Made by a program: the position numbers and the translations under genes | DNA from: Phoronis australis | Taxonomy: Eukaryota > Animalia > Phoronida | Direction: 5' to 3' | Assembly (NCBI GenBank): GCA_002633005.1 | Contig: NMRA01000007.1 | Span: 2,129,977 to 2,193,976, forward strand | Length of the DNA stretch: 64,000 nucleotides | In this document: piece by piece, positions 52,401 to 63,691 of the stretch | How the letters are laid out: each line of letters opens with the position of its first letter | How positions within the stretch are numbered: position 1 is the first letter of the stretch | Notes under the pieces: model-generated | The model's input: only the letters and a program-made list of their open reading frames with translations | The model's database searches: none | Told to the model about the DNA's origin: nothing

Positions 52401-55400
52401 TCCAAGTTATACGAATGTCTTAACAGACGCGGCCCACTTTTAATATGATATTGTCTTCATCTATGTTGAAGTGGTAGGAAAATGCAGCCTTACACATAAG
52501 CCAAATCCAACAAATAACGTTCTATAATTTCCGTCACATGATGTGGAGTGAATGCTTTCACTAAAGCAGTGGAACGTGAAACGGCATCATTCACAAACGT
52601 TTTGCTCTAAAGTCAGCATTGTTGGCCTTACAGTGTCAGGCATAGGCTGACACTAGTTTTAGTTCTGTAAATGTTTTATTTTGCTGTTCTATTTGCTTAC
52701 TAGCCGATGGCACTTGACTGAGGTGAACACACACCAAATAATTTTAATTAAAACATTTGGTCAAGCGTCGTTTCATGACAACACTCAAGTAGACTTTCGT
52801 GCTGTTTATTTTGCTAAAATTCGAAATATTATGAGCTAAATAAGCGATGAATTAAAGTTCAACATACAAAGATCCACACTGTGAGAGGACTTCCTCAGAG
52901 GCGCACAGCTCTCAACATCAGGAAAGTACACTTACAGCTCCGGTAGTGACGCGTCTTTCAACTGCTTAGCAACAATCTTCAACACGTTGCTCTGCGTGAG
53001 AGCATTAGCCAACATTCCATTGCCAGCCAGGACAGCCACGTAATTGAGGAAGTGCATACGCCGCTGCGAGGGTGGCCCTTTCTCAGGGTTGTTCAGGGTG
53101 TCCGTCACTGTCGAAAGGTGGCGTTGCAGGTCTTTCTTGGCAAGAGACAAGCACTTCTCAACTAGTGGAAAAAAAAACGAAAAAATACTTTTCAGCCGGA
53201 AGTCTAACGTGAGATGGAAAATGGTTTGATTATCACAAATATAGGTGAATATGTAAAACATTATTTGATTGGATGCTAAGCCCTGGAACATATCCCTCAA
53301 ATTCACGAAAGACTCTTCACTAAACTTGGTAAATATTGAGGCAGGCGCAAAAAAGTAAAACTGTCAATATGGGGCATGTCCAATAAGTACGAAATCGTGA
53401 TGCAGTGCTGGGGAATAACACTGTATGATGCGGGTTACGTGTACCTCACGAGGGACATCACTGATTCAAAGATCACTCATATGCAGAATGTGTTCATTGT
53501 GCCAATATCTGAGATTCTGCATGAATCTACTAAGGCCATTATGAACAAATGGAACGTCGTGTTCAACAAAACTCATCTCCAGGAAAAGGTTTTACTGAGA
53601 TACCCAAATCCAATATACAACAGTAGCTTTGTTTACATAGGATATTGTTAAAACAATTTTAAATAGTTACAGCTACACCTTAGCATAGTCAGGAATATGC
53701 CCTTTGACAGTTTCAGCATCAGGCACAAAACTGTGGGGTTATGCTACCAGTTTGTGCGACTACATTTTATCCTGAACCATGATTGTTTACCAGAATAAGG
53801 GGGGACCATGAGAGTCTTGCTGTCGTATTTCAAGGGTTGAGGCTTCTGTATCTGAAAAAAAGTAAGCACAGCTTATTCGAAGTCTACTTGCAATTACGTA
53901 CTGGTTCCACTTAATGCCCCGAAATTCCCAATTTCTACTTTTCCACTTTCAAACACTCAGGCTTAGTCTCACGCCCAAGCCCAATTTCTTGTAAAAAAAT
54001 CCGTCTGGGACAGTGAAAATTTAATAACTGTACTAAATTTTAAAAATAGACAATACTGATCAAACCAAATTCATTAAGTATGAGGGAGACGAATTTACTT
54101 TACGTCTATATTTTTGACAATTTTATCTTAGAAGTTGACGATACAAAATGCAGTGTAGGATATTTTAGAAATAACGCCAAAGGTGGCATGTCCCAATCTT
54201 CAGAATAAATATTTTTAAATCGGGTCGAGTTTCACTGTCCTGAGATTTAGACTGTCCCAAAATGGAGAATTTTTTCTGTATATGACTCAGCCTTCCTTAA
54301 AAAATCCAGTGTCTACATCAACAAATGCATCACAAGAAATTTACTCTAGACATCTCTGGTTAAAAGTTTCAGTGACGTCCTGCCTTATTTTGCCAAGAAA
54401 ATCTCACATTTTACTAATTTAGGAGACGTGAAATGGTTGTCATTAGTCTAACTTGTGAGCAAATATGGCAAAGATGTACGGGGGAATAAATAAGCTGGTC
54501 GGGTAAAACGATTATCCAGACTTCTCAAAATTTTTGTTTTCAGGTTAGCACCACCCTCCAGCGATTTTTAAATTCCCAATCTGAGCACCACCGGCATTGA
54601 CCGGGATGAGTACAGTAGTTACCATGACAATAGCCTAGATGCTTACTGAACCGAAACACTGAAGTACAGCCTAATGGTAGACTGAAGCTTTTAATCTAAT
54701 GTTACAAAATCATTAAAACTAAACTCACAGGCATAATGCACGGAAAAGGCGAAAATATGTGCATGACCAGAATGTGAGATACAAAATACCATGCACATGT
54801 ACTTAAACCTCAGCGTTAAGAATGAGAATAGAAAAATGTTCAGAAGGCAATAGTTTTTTGAGTCCTTCATCGAATCTGGAATGGTGCAGTTTGGTCATCG
54901 ACAAGAATGGGACTACTTACTTTGGAATTGTCCACAATTGGCGTGACCAGCCAATCGGTGGTGTGATAAATCAACACAGAGCAGTTCTCACTGCCATCTT
55001 CTGGCGACTGTTGGAGACGACTGGAAGCGCGCTCCTGTAACGACGAGGAAGTCATCTGGCGCGATGATACCAGAGAGTCATCCGCACAGGCCGTCGAGGG
55101 TCTTGAGCTGGAAATCAAAGTTGGACCGGTCAATACTACAATCAAACACAAGGAACCTAGTACAGGTAAAAATTGACCGTTAAAGGGTGATCATCTCATG
55201 GCTGGAGTTTACTAAGGTAAGCACAATAGCCCACTAAATTCAGTTCTGATGTTTACTTTTAATCCTTTGACACCTTATTATGTCATAAAACTATGTTAGC
55301 TGCTGACTGTTAACGTCCCAGTCAGCTGGCTCTCTACGGTGTTGGAAGGGAATGGGGGTAATTGGAACATGCCCTTCAGTTGAACTTGAACAGGCTTTTG

Positions 55401-58400
55401 CTTGAATTTTCACCTGCACTAGGTCCTTCATGAGTAGACTAAATATTAACTATTATTGCAAAAGGAAGACTATGCACGGTAAATAGTGAAGACCAAAAAT
55501 CTGCAACTGCAAAAACTACCACCTGCACAAACTCCATTCCTGACACAGTACAGTTGTGGAGAACAAGATGAGTTGACTTGTCTGAACAAGATTTGCAATT
55601 GAAACATAAATGAGACTCATCAAAGTCTCACTAATTGTGACTTTATATTATGTCAGTCTAAAATGATTTTCATTAGCTTTGCCACCCAAGGTGTACATTT
55701 CAGTAAACTACATAAACTGTGCCACAGATTCTCAAACTCGCTAGAAAAGTTATTGCTGGCACCGGTGCAATCTGTGTACAACGGTCCAAGAATGTTGGGA
55801 TGTCTTGAAATTTACCAGTGAAAGAAGACAACAAATGTATGTTGGTAACGCGTTGCTGACTAAAGCTAACACATTAACACTTAATTGCAATTTTTCACTT
55901 ACTTAAAAAATGCCAAAAATTAACATTTTTTTTTTGTTTTTCAAAGGCTTGCTTCAAAAATGGAAACCTCCAAGTTACTAACTTTTGTTTACTGACATTT
56001 ACACTACAGGTCAAAAGAAAACAGGCAAAATACGGTAACTTTCGGCATCATGACAGTCAATTCCGCTTGCAGATTTTTCCGCTTAATTCAGGCTGAAAAT
56101 GACAGGTGATGATGAGTCATGGAGGCTGTAATGTCTTCCGATGCTGCCACCATGTTTCATTTTGTTAGCTCCATAACTGTGCGTGGAATTCTCTGTGAAG
56201 ATTTCCAATGTTTTCAAAGAGTTTGTCATTATTGTACTTTGTAGTGGGCTATTGACTCAGCAGTGTGTTTTCATTGAACCCTTTGACACTGAAAATATTC
56301 AGGTTTTATGCAAACAAGTAAATTTCAACCCGTCATCACCAAGGATCCACGGATTTTAAAAATATGTAATTTCATAATAAAAAAATATTGAAGAAATTTG
56401 ATCATTTGGTAATGGCGTGTTGACAGTTTATGAGATTGCATGAAGACATGCTGGGATTACAACTGGTTTGACAAGTGTTCTGTTAGGACATGTATGATTT
56501 TCAATGAAGGGTCCTGGTTTAAACAACATTTATTCTAAATTAGATTTTATAGTTAAATATGATTCAAATAAAACAGCAACAGAAATTAATCTATATTCAT
56601 TTGTTTAAAGTTGTTTTAAGCCTCGTCTAAGTAATATGACTGCATCCTGCTTCACAAAACAGTGAGTGTCAAATACGATCCTTACAAAAAAGAGTTGTGA
56701 AGTAACGAAAATTCCAACTTGTTTTCTACGGTTATTCTGCAGTTGGAATTGAGGTCATAGGTTTTACTTGTGGTTTGACCATAGATTATAGACAACAAAT
56801 TTGCAACTCCAGCATTTTCATGCGCACTATCCTAGAGGAGGTGCCACTTTCCTAAATTATCTGTTGCAGTTTCCGGTTAGTGTATTGTGACCATGATTAG
56901 CAGACCACGTACTTGCCGCAAATAATACCAGATAATTTGGCCAGGTGTCGCTAGTGAATATGACGTCATTGCTTCTGTAAGAGCACAGATTTCGTCCATT
57001 GAAAGTATACGGAGTCGGCGGTCCATGTACTATAGTCTATGGTTGAACAAACCACTTCATTCTTATTTTATCATACCTGGAAGTTTTTGTTGAGGCAATC
57101 TAATGTTCAATACAACATTACGTTAGCTAATTAAGTAAAGTTTAGAATACGAAAAAAAGTGTAGAATACGAAAAAAAAAACAAAAAAACGGCACAACACA
57201 GGAGAGTAACAAACAGTATCTGTGATGTTACTTTAAATGGAATTTAGTTCGCTGTGTTTATTTAATACATTACGTGGTTTTGTCATAGCAGTTTGTACCA
57301 AATCAAAAGTGTAGGATAAATGGTATAATTTAGACAGTTCATTTTTCCAAGTCTTTCTTTCCCTCCCATTCAAAAATGAACTAAATGAAAAAAGTGAATC
57401 AAAACTCACACTGCGTCTACTCAGACAATGAATTGATCATTGAAAAAACCGAGACAAGTTTTCATACCTCAATATTTAATTACACATTTTTCCTTGTAAT
57501 AATACTTCTTACCTGAGGACAAATGGATTTGGGTGTGTTCCGTCTCGAGTAAAATGCTTGGGGCGGAGGGCTTCTGATATAGTAGAACCTGATAAAAATG
57601 TAAATGTATTTTAATTACAATGTGAATCACAGAACTGACAAGTTAACCGAAGACTATCCATTTAGAAAAACACACGGCTTCCTTGTGAGTGGAATCTTAT
57701 GGGTCACAAAGTTATTACACGGTGAGTAGTATAATAATTCAACTGTTTTAATATTACTGAAAATTTACTGTCAACATTATACAAATGTGATACTACTAAC
57801 TTCTTCGGAGTCTTATCATAATTTCAGAACAACGCACGCTGTAATAACTGTGACCAATATTTGTTGCAACAGTACATACAGACAAGAGCACGTGCGAAGT
57901 TCTGAAATCATTGAGAACAAGCGCAAGCCGTAATGGCCAAAAGTCACCGTAATTTTTCAACCGCACTTGCGTAATAGTGTCACTGTAGAAATACAAGGTA
58001 ACTGTGAACCTTTTTTACCATGTCGCATTTATGTGCAAATATTTTAATAAATTCTGTGAGCTCTAAGCCCCACAAAGTTTATATTTTCTGAAAGGTGAAT
58101 AAATTTCCAAACAAAATTTACTATAATTTTTATTTACTTGAATGTCTTTATTTCTTCACAAGATATGCGTTTTTTAGTAAAAAATTTTTTTTTGACTTTG
58201 AACAGAGACCATAAAAATATTGATCCTCCAATCACATTGGTCTTTTGTCAATGTGTTGATAACGGCATTTTCAAGGTAACCATGTCTCAGTTTTAAACAG
58301 GTCTTAGTTTTTTAAGTATGGACTTTTTAGGAATTTTGAGCAAAAACGGCTGTACTCTAATGGTAGATAGCTTTGTTCTGAAAAAGTAGGACTGTTTACA

Positions 58401-59508
58401 AACTGTTGTCGGTGATGCCAAGGGCCTCAGCAAAGCAACTATGTCAAGAACAGCCACGAAAGTTACAAATGCCATCATGAATTCCCGTGACCTCTCGGTC
58501 CCCAGGCAACCTGACCGATATCATTGGGCTGAACAAGCGACACTTTCATTAGGTATTTCCCAGGTTGCTGGATGCATAGATAGGTGGTGAATTGCGCTAC
58601 GAGCATCACCAGAAAAAGAATATTGATTCCTGTGCAAGCAAGACTACCACACGTTAAACTCCAAGTGGTCGTTGATCAAAGTTAATGTCCAAAGGTAATC
58701 AAGTTTCTTCTTGCGTCATTCATTGCAAATTAGTTCAAAAAGCTGTGACCAACCAGTCTTCAGTGCACAGTCATGTAAAATTATTGGACTGACTGATAAC
58801 ATGCACTGTTATCTTTGAATACAGTGTATTAAGTGTATCACATTTGCTGATATCGCAGGCACAATCGGAAGTGCTCATTTTTAAATGGGTATTTTTTATC
58901 AAAGAGCACAGACTAAAAATGAAATTTTGATGATTGGACATCATGATAGCGAGTAACACCAGCCACTAAGCAGGACAACTTGGCCCAGAAAACTTGGGAT
59001 TCCTTTTCCCCAAGTTCATGTTGTTGTCTACAGGATGTGCTTTATTCTCAACATGCAAACGTAGAAACTTCCACAACCAGTAGGTCAAGACAAAACTTAA
59101 GTTTGTCTTAAATTTCTGACTTAAGTTTTGTCTTTAGTTTAAGAATTCTCTTAGCTAAAACAGTTTTACTGGAACGGGACCCAGGGCTGCACTTATACAG
59201 GGAAGGCTATTTGTCAAAGGAACGCCACCTAGTGACTTTCAAGCTTACAATCACCTGTACTAGCATCCAAATCTACTTCGGGCACATCTTGCAGAGTTGT
59301 TTCACCACTGCGCTTCAAATCAAGCGTCTTCACGTGACCTAGAACGGAGCTACTGTGATGCTCAAACAACGAGCTCCGCGTAGAGTCTCGCACTGTGGTG
59401 GGACTATCATCTTGTTGCAAAGAGTTCGCCAGGTCAGGGAAGTCCTTTGCCAAATGAAGTAGTGACCCTTGCCAGAAGGGGTGGACAACCAATCCATTCC
59501 AGCCGAGT
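34417..59508 (-). CDS. ULK4: Serine/threonine pseudokinase ULK4: end of kinase domain + HEAT/ARM region (5'-partial; whole span)
   Basis: 23 distinct GT-AG exons with consistent phases, ~1,020 codons. Motifs match human ULK4 as recalled: HPFW, NFRN, LWYLFKHST, RLVMYIERDSRK, GRKHPSTVQ, LHLVTSQVFRP, LALEIL. Confidence 0.97.
34886..34974 (-). CDS. ULK4: ULK4 penultimate exon (VSSDAEG...LSQTA)
   Basis: tttcag|GTC ... AG|gtttgt. Confidence 0.88.
35770..35844 (-). CDS. ULK4: ULK4 exon (DCYEKAL...QKILLRIIKRL)
   Basis: gaacag|GAT ... CTG|gtgagg. Confidence 0.92.
36207..36314 (-). CDS. ULK4: ULK4 exon (LCHEDSDI...QLYGAEH..ENL)
   Basis: tttcag|TTG ... CTG|gtaaga. Confidence 0.93.
36988..37095 (-). 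CDS. ULK4: ULK4 exon (AKKSGKG...SLTQL)
   Basis: tttcag|GCC ... CTG|gtaggt. Confidence 0.92.
37549..37715 (-). CDS. ULK4: ULK4 exon (LVDHVINVF...VVRKALQ)
   Basis: gaacag|GG ... CAG|gtaatg. Confidence 0.92.
38149..38303 (-). CDS. ULK4: ULK4 exon (QMQGQGLV...DLYNQ)
   Basis: gtttag|A ... G|gtattt. Confidence 0.92.
38826..38918 (-). CDS. ULK4: ULK4 exon (FEQILLDQDPLPSYGLKLL...)
   Basis: tttcag|G ... AA|gtgagc. Confidence 0.93.
39408..39540 (-). CDS. ULK4: ULK4 exon (ETRATSLRLF...LILPQ)
   Basis: ccatag|GT ... CA|gtaagt. Confidence 0.92.
40239..40385 (-). CDS. ULK4: ULK4 exon (TSLTEDF...ILPPLAVMISSSN)
   Basis: ttaaag|GT ... G|gtgaga. Confidence 0.92.
40577..41340 (-). mobile_element. HINE family A copy with two stacked 3' termini
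   Basis: acaagagcaacgcggagcgttgaaatgcgtccac at ~40659 and an older terminus at ~40580; interior resembles 27947-28864. Confidence 0.7.
41452..41846. mobile_element. MITE with imperfect TIRs (PIF/Harbinger-like)
   Basis: gtgcctggttgcgtgaaacggttccaaat ... atttgggactgtttcatgcaactgggtac. Confidence 0.6.
42597..42827 (-). CDS. ULK4: ULK4 exon (QALESL..GRKHPSTVQ...IETSA)
   Basis: ttcaag|AG ... G|gtgaga. Confidence 0.93.
42883..43505 (+). mobile_element. Kolobok-like non-autonomous element (TTAA TSD, ~140-bp TIRs) with a THAP start remnant
   Basis: ttaa|aggggaaggcaacc...ggttgtcttcgact|ttaa; internal ATG at 43138 reads MPHFCCVPGCTHYS. Confidence 0.75.
43981..44117 (-). CDS. ULK4: ULK4 exon (LVMYIERDSRK...VPNII)
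   Basis: gcgtag|A ... A|gtatgc. Confidence 0.93.
44454..44581 (-). CDS. ULK4: ULK4 exon (DFVFRVMRLLESP...ACQNR)
   Basis: ccatag|GAC ... AG|gtgact. Confidence 0.93.
45161..45343 (-). CDS. ULK4: ULK4 exon (ALCRLTKHS...RLTADK)
   Basis: ttgcag|GCA ... AAG|gtatga. Confidence 0.93.
45741..45902 (-). CDS. ULK4: ULK4 exon EDATVNHYAAK...RITAML, copy A
   Basis: ttccag|GAA ... TTG|gtaagt. Confidence 0.85.
45973..47870 (-). mobile_element. HINE family A copy with internal ~125-140-bp subrepeats (duplicate at ~48460-50200)
   Basis: Terminus acaagagcaatgcggggtgttgaaatacgctcac; recurring (t)tgccactag(gg) modules; another terminus begins at ~47672. Confidence 0.7.
48228..48389 (-). CDS. ULK4: ULK4 exon EDATVNHYAAK...RITAML, copy B
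   Basis: ttctag|GAA ... TTG|gtaagt; duplicate of 45741-45902. Confidence 0.8.
50252..50335 (-). CDS. ULK4: ULK4 exon (EEAKGFSVDNW...RCLREG)
   Basis: atgcag|GAA ... GGG|gtaagt. Confidence 0.92.
50811..50918 (-). CDS. ULK4: ULK4 exon (PVSILTEVLRDNFRN...LVANQ)
   Basis: ttacag|CCG ... CAG|gtgaga. Confidence 0.93.
51671..51882. mobile_element. Short palindromic MITE
   Basis: gcaggctgatcttgcgtcagg..gatgacccag versus ctgggtcatc..cctgacgcgagatcagcctgc. Confidence 0.75.
52254..52332 (-). CDS. ULK4: ULK4 exon (KIKLARIVGLAASNTSELAEETVVSE)
   Basis: ttttag|A ... GAG|gtaagg. Confidence 0.9.
52936..53161 (-). CDS. ULK4: ULK4 exon (EKCLSL...DASLPEL)
   Basis: cactag|TT ... CT|gtaagt. Confidence 0.9.
53791..53851 (-). 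CDS. ULK4: ULK4 exon (IQKPQPLKYDSKTLMVPPYS)
   Basis: tttcag|ATA ... G|gtaaac. Confidence 0.9.
54921..55107 (-). CDS. ULK4: ULK4 exon (SRPSTA...VTPIVDNSK)
   Basis: ttccag|C ... AAA|gtaagt. Confidence 0.9.
56780..57041. mobile_element. P-superfamily-like MITE (CATAG...CTATG), imperfect 7-bp TSD
   Basis: gtttgac|catagattatag ... ctatagtctatg|gttgaac. Confidence 0.6.
57513..57588 (-). CDS. ULK4: ULK4 exon (STISEALRPKH...PFVLS)
   Basis: tatcag|GT ... AG|gtaaga; phases fit both neighbours. Confidence 0.8.
59255..59508 (-). CDS. ULK4: ULK4 exon (end of kinase domain, RLGWNGLVVHPFW...)
   Basis: ctttcag|A ... G|gtgatt. Confidence 0.9.
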
Positions 59509-59905
59509 CTGAAAGGAGATAAAGTTAGAATCCACAATAAGTTGCATAATCGTCACAAATCTTAATTTGAAACTGACTGTAAATCTAACTACCATGATTT
59601 CTCTAACAGTTCGCACACTCTAATAGTCCGTAGACCTCCCTTGAAACACGGCGCAAGGCTTGACACTAACAGTTGTGCGATAAACTGACAACAGGTAACT
59701 TTCGGCATCGGGCAAGTGAAAGTTCAAATTTGCTTGCCTGACATGCAAGTTGAATTGAAAGTTCTGTTTACAAAATGGTGGTGCATTGTTGGAAAAAATG
59801 GCACAAAACTTGACAAAGCAGCACAAGTTTAAGAGAAAACAAAAATGTATGTGCACAATCTACATTTATTTCCATGACGTTTGATTCTCCGCTTTTGTTT
59901 TTATA

Positions 59906-60737
59906 CTGTAAACTCGCGAGTTAATGCCCTGGGCACTTAAATTGGGAAACCCCAAGACAAGGGGTGAGCACACCCAAGCTGTGGGCGTCTAAACTGAAAA
60001 TTGACAAAAGTCGGAGGTGGGCGATTACCCAAGCAGTAGCCGCTTACGTCCAAATTTTAGCCGAACTGGGTAAGCGTGTGGGGTCATTCGAGCACGGAAC
60101 TTGTAAGTTCGGTCAATCAGCTGAACACGACAACCACAAAGTTTCTAATGGCTCAACCAGAAATAGGATTTCGACTTTGAAAGGGTGATTTCGCGAGACT
60201 GCTACTACAAACTAAGACATTTTGAAATATATTAGCGCATTGCAAAACGTCATACTGCAGAACTTTAAGAAACTCGAATAGCTGTCCACTTACCGTTTCA
60301 TTAAGTACTGTTTAGATCAGTGAACGTGACATTTTGTTTCCTTAATTAAACAGAAGCGTCAGTTCTATAAAAAACTACAGTGCTGACCCATATTAATTTA
60401 ACAAAAGACCACTTAATAAGTTTAAGAAAATGTAGTAGCAGCGCTTACGTTATTCCACAAATGCTGGCTAAAAAATGCCCTTTTGGAGACTATTGTACGT
60501 AAGCATGCCATGTTTCCCGCAAACACGAAAGTCTGAGCCAGAAGCAAATATGCGAACAAAAGCACAAGTTCAAGCTCAAGTTTTGTTAGCGGTAAGTTGG
60601 GGATGGCAGATTATCCGAGAAGCTGAAATTTGCACAAAGTGGGCGATTACCCGAACAGAAGGTGCTTTATACACTATAATTTAGCAAGTCAGGGTGGGCA
60701 GTCACCCGGGCATGGGCATTAACCCGCGAGTTTACGG
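59906..60737. mobile_element. Tc1/pogo-like MITE, TA TSD (related to the 31873 element)
   Basis: ta|ctgtaaactcgcgagttaatgccc ... gggcattaacccgcgagtttacgg|ta. Confidence 0.85.
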
Positions 60738-60968
60738 TATGTAATTTCGTTTCCTACCGCTAGATACATCACTTGAAGCATATTTTTGGAAATTGTACTC
60801 CCCTTGAATGTCATTTTTTGTTAACTAAGCAGTACCAGCCAAGTTGGAGAATGTGTGTTATCAAGTGACACAGATTTATCATATTTTTGGGGAGGATTCA
60901 GTAAATATTTCAAGGCGAGAATTCAAGCCAAAATGATGTGGTTCCATTGAAAACACACGGCGACATAT

Positions 60969-63440
60969 TGCAGATGATATTGCTTTGATAGCCAATAATC
61001 TGAGTGAAATGAAGAATATGCTGAATGTGTTAAGTACCTGGCACAGTAAGTGGAGACTTGAATGTTGAGAAAGCAAATATTGTGCAATTTAAAAAGCCAA
61101 GTATTCCTTGCTCACAACCTATTTTCAAATGTGGTAATTTGACAATTCGTGTGAAAGATAAGTACAAATATCTTCATTTGGTCTACGTCATAGTGAACAC
61201 TTAGATCGAAATGTTATGTCTAATGCTTTTACTCGGATAGCAAATAGGGCTTTAAGCCTGCTAATTGCCAAGCACAAAATTTCCGTGGATATGCCTTAAA
61301 AGGTATTCTCTACACTATTTTAAGCTTTAGTACAGCCAATTCTTGATTATACCTGTCCTACATGGGGTCATCTCAGCTACAGTCATGTTAACGCAGTCTA
61401 TCACAGAGCACACAGCTTTTTCATAGGAGTGTCAAAGACAAGTCCCAATGCTGCTGTGTTGGGGGACATGGGTTGGAAGACTCCTGGCCATAGGTAGTGC
61501 TTTAGTATAATTCGGTTTTGGTGCAGGCTCGTTAACATGCCTAGGTCCAGACTGCCGAGAAAAATTTTTGAGTGGCACTGCGAATTGTCATTGAATGTTA
61601 CAAATTGGTGCCATAGTATTAGTATTTGTCTCAGGGAGAATCATTGAATGGTTTACTGAATGTAGGAACACCACTCAACTGGACTCAATGCAGGGTCATG
61701 ATAGATGAAACTAGAAAGATTATTGTCACGGCGTGACAATAACGCCGGGACTCTGCGCGTGCGTATTATTGAATTTATTATGGGAAGTTACTGACAGCAA
61801 CCCGTTTACCAATATGAAAAGGAATTCTTTAAAATTGTAGGAGAAGTTACATATTAATTTTTTGATGACCTTTCCACTAATTGACCTCTTCCGGTGCATT
61901 ATGAGCCCCGATGAGGGAGTAATTGTTAACTCGATTAAAAGTGTGGTTAATGCTAATAATCACCGATGTTTTACTTTAAGCACTTCAGAATACAAAATGA
62001 AGTGGTCAAACTTTCAGAAGAAAAATGCACCTAATGACCCAATAGGTGCACCAAATGACCTGAAAATTTAGAATTCAAACTCAATCGTACTTAGTAAACA
62101 GATACGTAATTCTCAAGTCTCTAGCTCAAAATTTTAGTTTGCACTCAATGACCTTTGAGTTATTTTTTCTGATTGGTTAGGCCTATTGCGAAGTAAAGTA
62201 GGGTATTCAATTGGCATGTTGACTTACACCAGTGTGCTGAAATCGAAAAGAATTCCTTGAAAAACGTAAGAGATATAACATTTTGAATGTTACATGACCT
62301 TTGCACTAATTGACCTTATCCGGTGCATTTTAAGCATCTTTAGGAGAATTATTGCAAAGCCCATGGAAAATGTGTTTAACGCTGAGAATCATAGTTGTCG
62401 ACGATTGACACATCAGAATACTTGCCGATTGAAAAGATCAAATTTTCAGAAGAAAAATGCACCTAATGACCCCATGTTTGCACTAAAAGACCCGAAACTT
62501 TTGGATTCCGATTTCATTTACCTGTGGCAATCAGACCTGTCAATTTGAAGTGTCTAGCTCAAAATTTTAGTTTGCACCCAATGACCGTTGACCTATTTCA
62601 CCTGATTGGATGACCCGATTACTTAGAAAAGTAATTTTTTAAATTGTCATGTTGACTTATACCTGTGCACCGAATTTGAAAAAGATAGCTTTAAAATTGA
62701 AGGAGTAGCATTTTGAAAATTATACGACCTTTGCACCAAACAACCTCTTCCGGTGCAATATGGAATATGATTAAATAAACAATCAAAATTTATATACTGT
62801 CAAAAGTCATATGCTGAATTTAAAGACCGTACCTGCACCCAATTTGGAGTTATTAAGCCTCAAAGTTGGTCGGAAGAAGAATAAGAAGAATAAGAATAAG
62901 AATAAGAACAAAATTGAAGAAAACCCAGGAACAACAGTACTCTGCGCTTACACGCGCAGAGTAATCCTTGTTGCAAATGAACAGATGCTGTGGTTGAGCA
63001 AGGTCAGAAATGAGCAGGATATAAGACCGGGGTCAGGAAATAAACTAAGGCTATACAGAAATTTCAAGTCAACTCTGGGTCTTGAACCATATGTTCTAAC
63101 CCTGAGCTGCAGGGAACGAAGGGTTCTGGCTGCTTTCAGGTCAAGTGCTGCCTCCACTGGGGGTTGAGCTGAGAGATATTGAGATAGTGTGGCCTGATGT
63201 ACAAAGACAGAATCTGTAACCAGTGCCAATGTGGGGTAGTTGAAGACGAACTTCATGTTTTGTTACAGCGTTCAGCTGACCTTGACCTTAGATAAGATTC
63301 GTTTAATCGATTAACTGTCAATCTTACATCTTTGAATGATCAGTTTTTCTCCCTGATGTGTTCTGATAATGCGAGAGATTTACTATTGATTGCCAGGACC
63401 TGCCTTTTAATTTTAGAAAAAAGGGGTAATACCATTGTGG
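60969..63440 (+). mobile_element. Decayed 5'-truncated LINE (CR1/L2-group-like): RT C-terminal half + zinc knuckle, interrupted by a HINE
   Basis: ADDIALIANNLSEMKNMLNVLSTWHSKWRL, KYKYL, VQPILDY, GDMGW; after the insert GNKLRLYRNFK..LEPYV and RICNQCQCGVVEDELHVL; contains stops and frameshifts. Confidence 0.88.
61710..62963 (-). mobile_element. Helentron-associated (HINE/DINE-1-like) element, family B, nested in the LINE
   Basis: subTIRs actctgcgcgtg (61750) / cacgcgcagagt (62951); 5' local inverted repeat; (aagaat)n tract; 3' hairpin ttattgtcacg-g-cgtgacaataa followed by CTAG; inserted in an AA/TT run with no TSD. Confidence 0.85.
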
Positions 63441-63519
63441 ACTAATGCTCATAAAAAGTTGTTTTTATGATTTGTGGTTTATAATCTGATCCTGCTTTTT
63501 ATAATGTGTATAACCGTAC

Positions 63520-63691
63520 CTACGATAAGAGAACTTATAATCTTATCCCTTATCGCAAAGTTTTACGAGATATTGCTAGGTTTATATAGCACCTGCACGC
63601 TCCTCAGAGCTATCGTCTGTGCCTCAGCTCACACTGTCGGAACGGGAAAGAGCAGCAGCAACGATAAATATAGCTCATTGAGCAAGTAAGT
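63520..63691 (+). promoter_or_regulatory. Candidate TATA promoter + short first exon, antisense within a ULK4 intron
   Basis: GATAAG/CTTATC motifs at 63524, 63542, 63549; TATATA at 63583; consensus donor CAA|gtaagt at 63686. Confidence 0.3.

Noticed and set aside
60290-60330. Possible upstream ULK4 exon ending CG|gtaagt
   Set aside because: Lies inside a Tc1/pogo-like MITE, and its translation does not resemble the expected LLxxDPxxR kinase segment.
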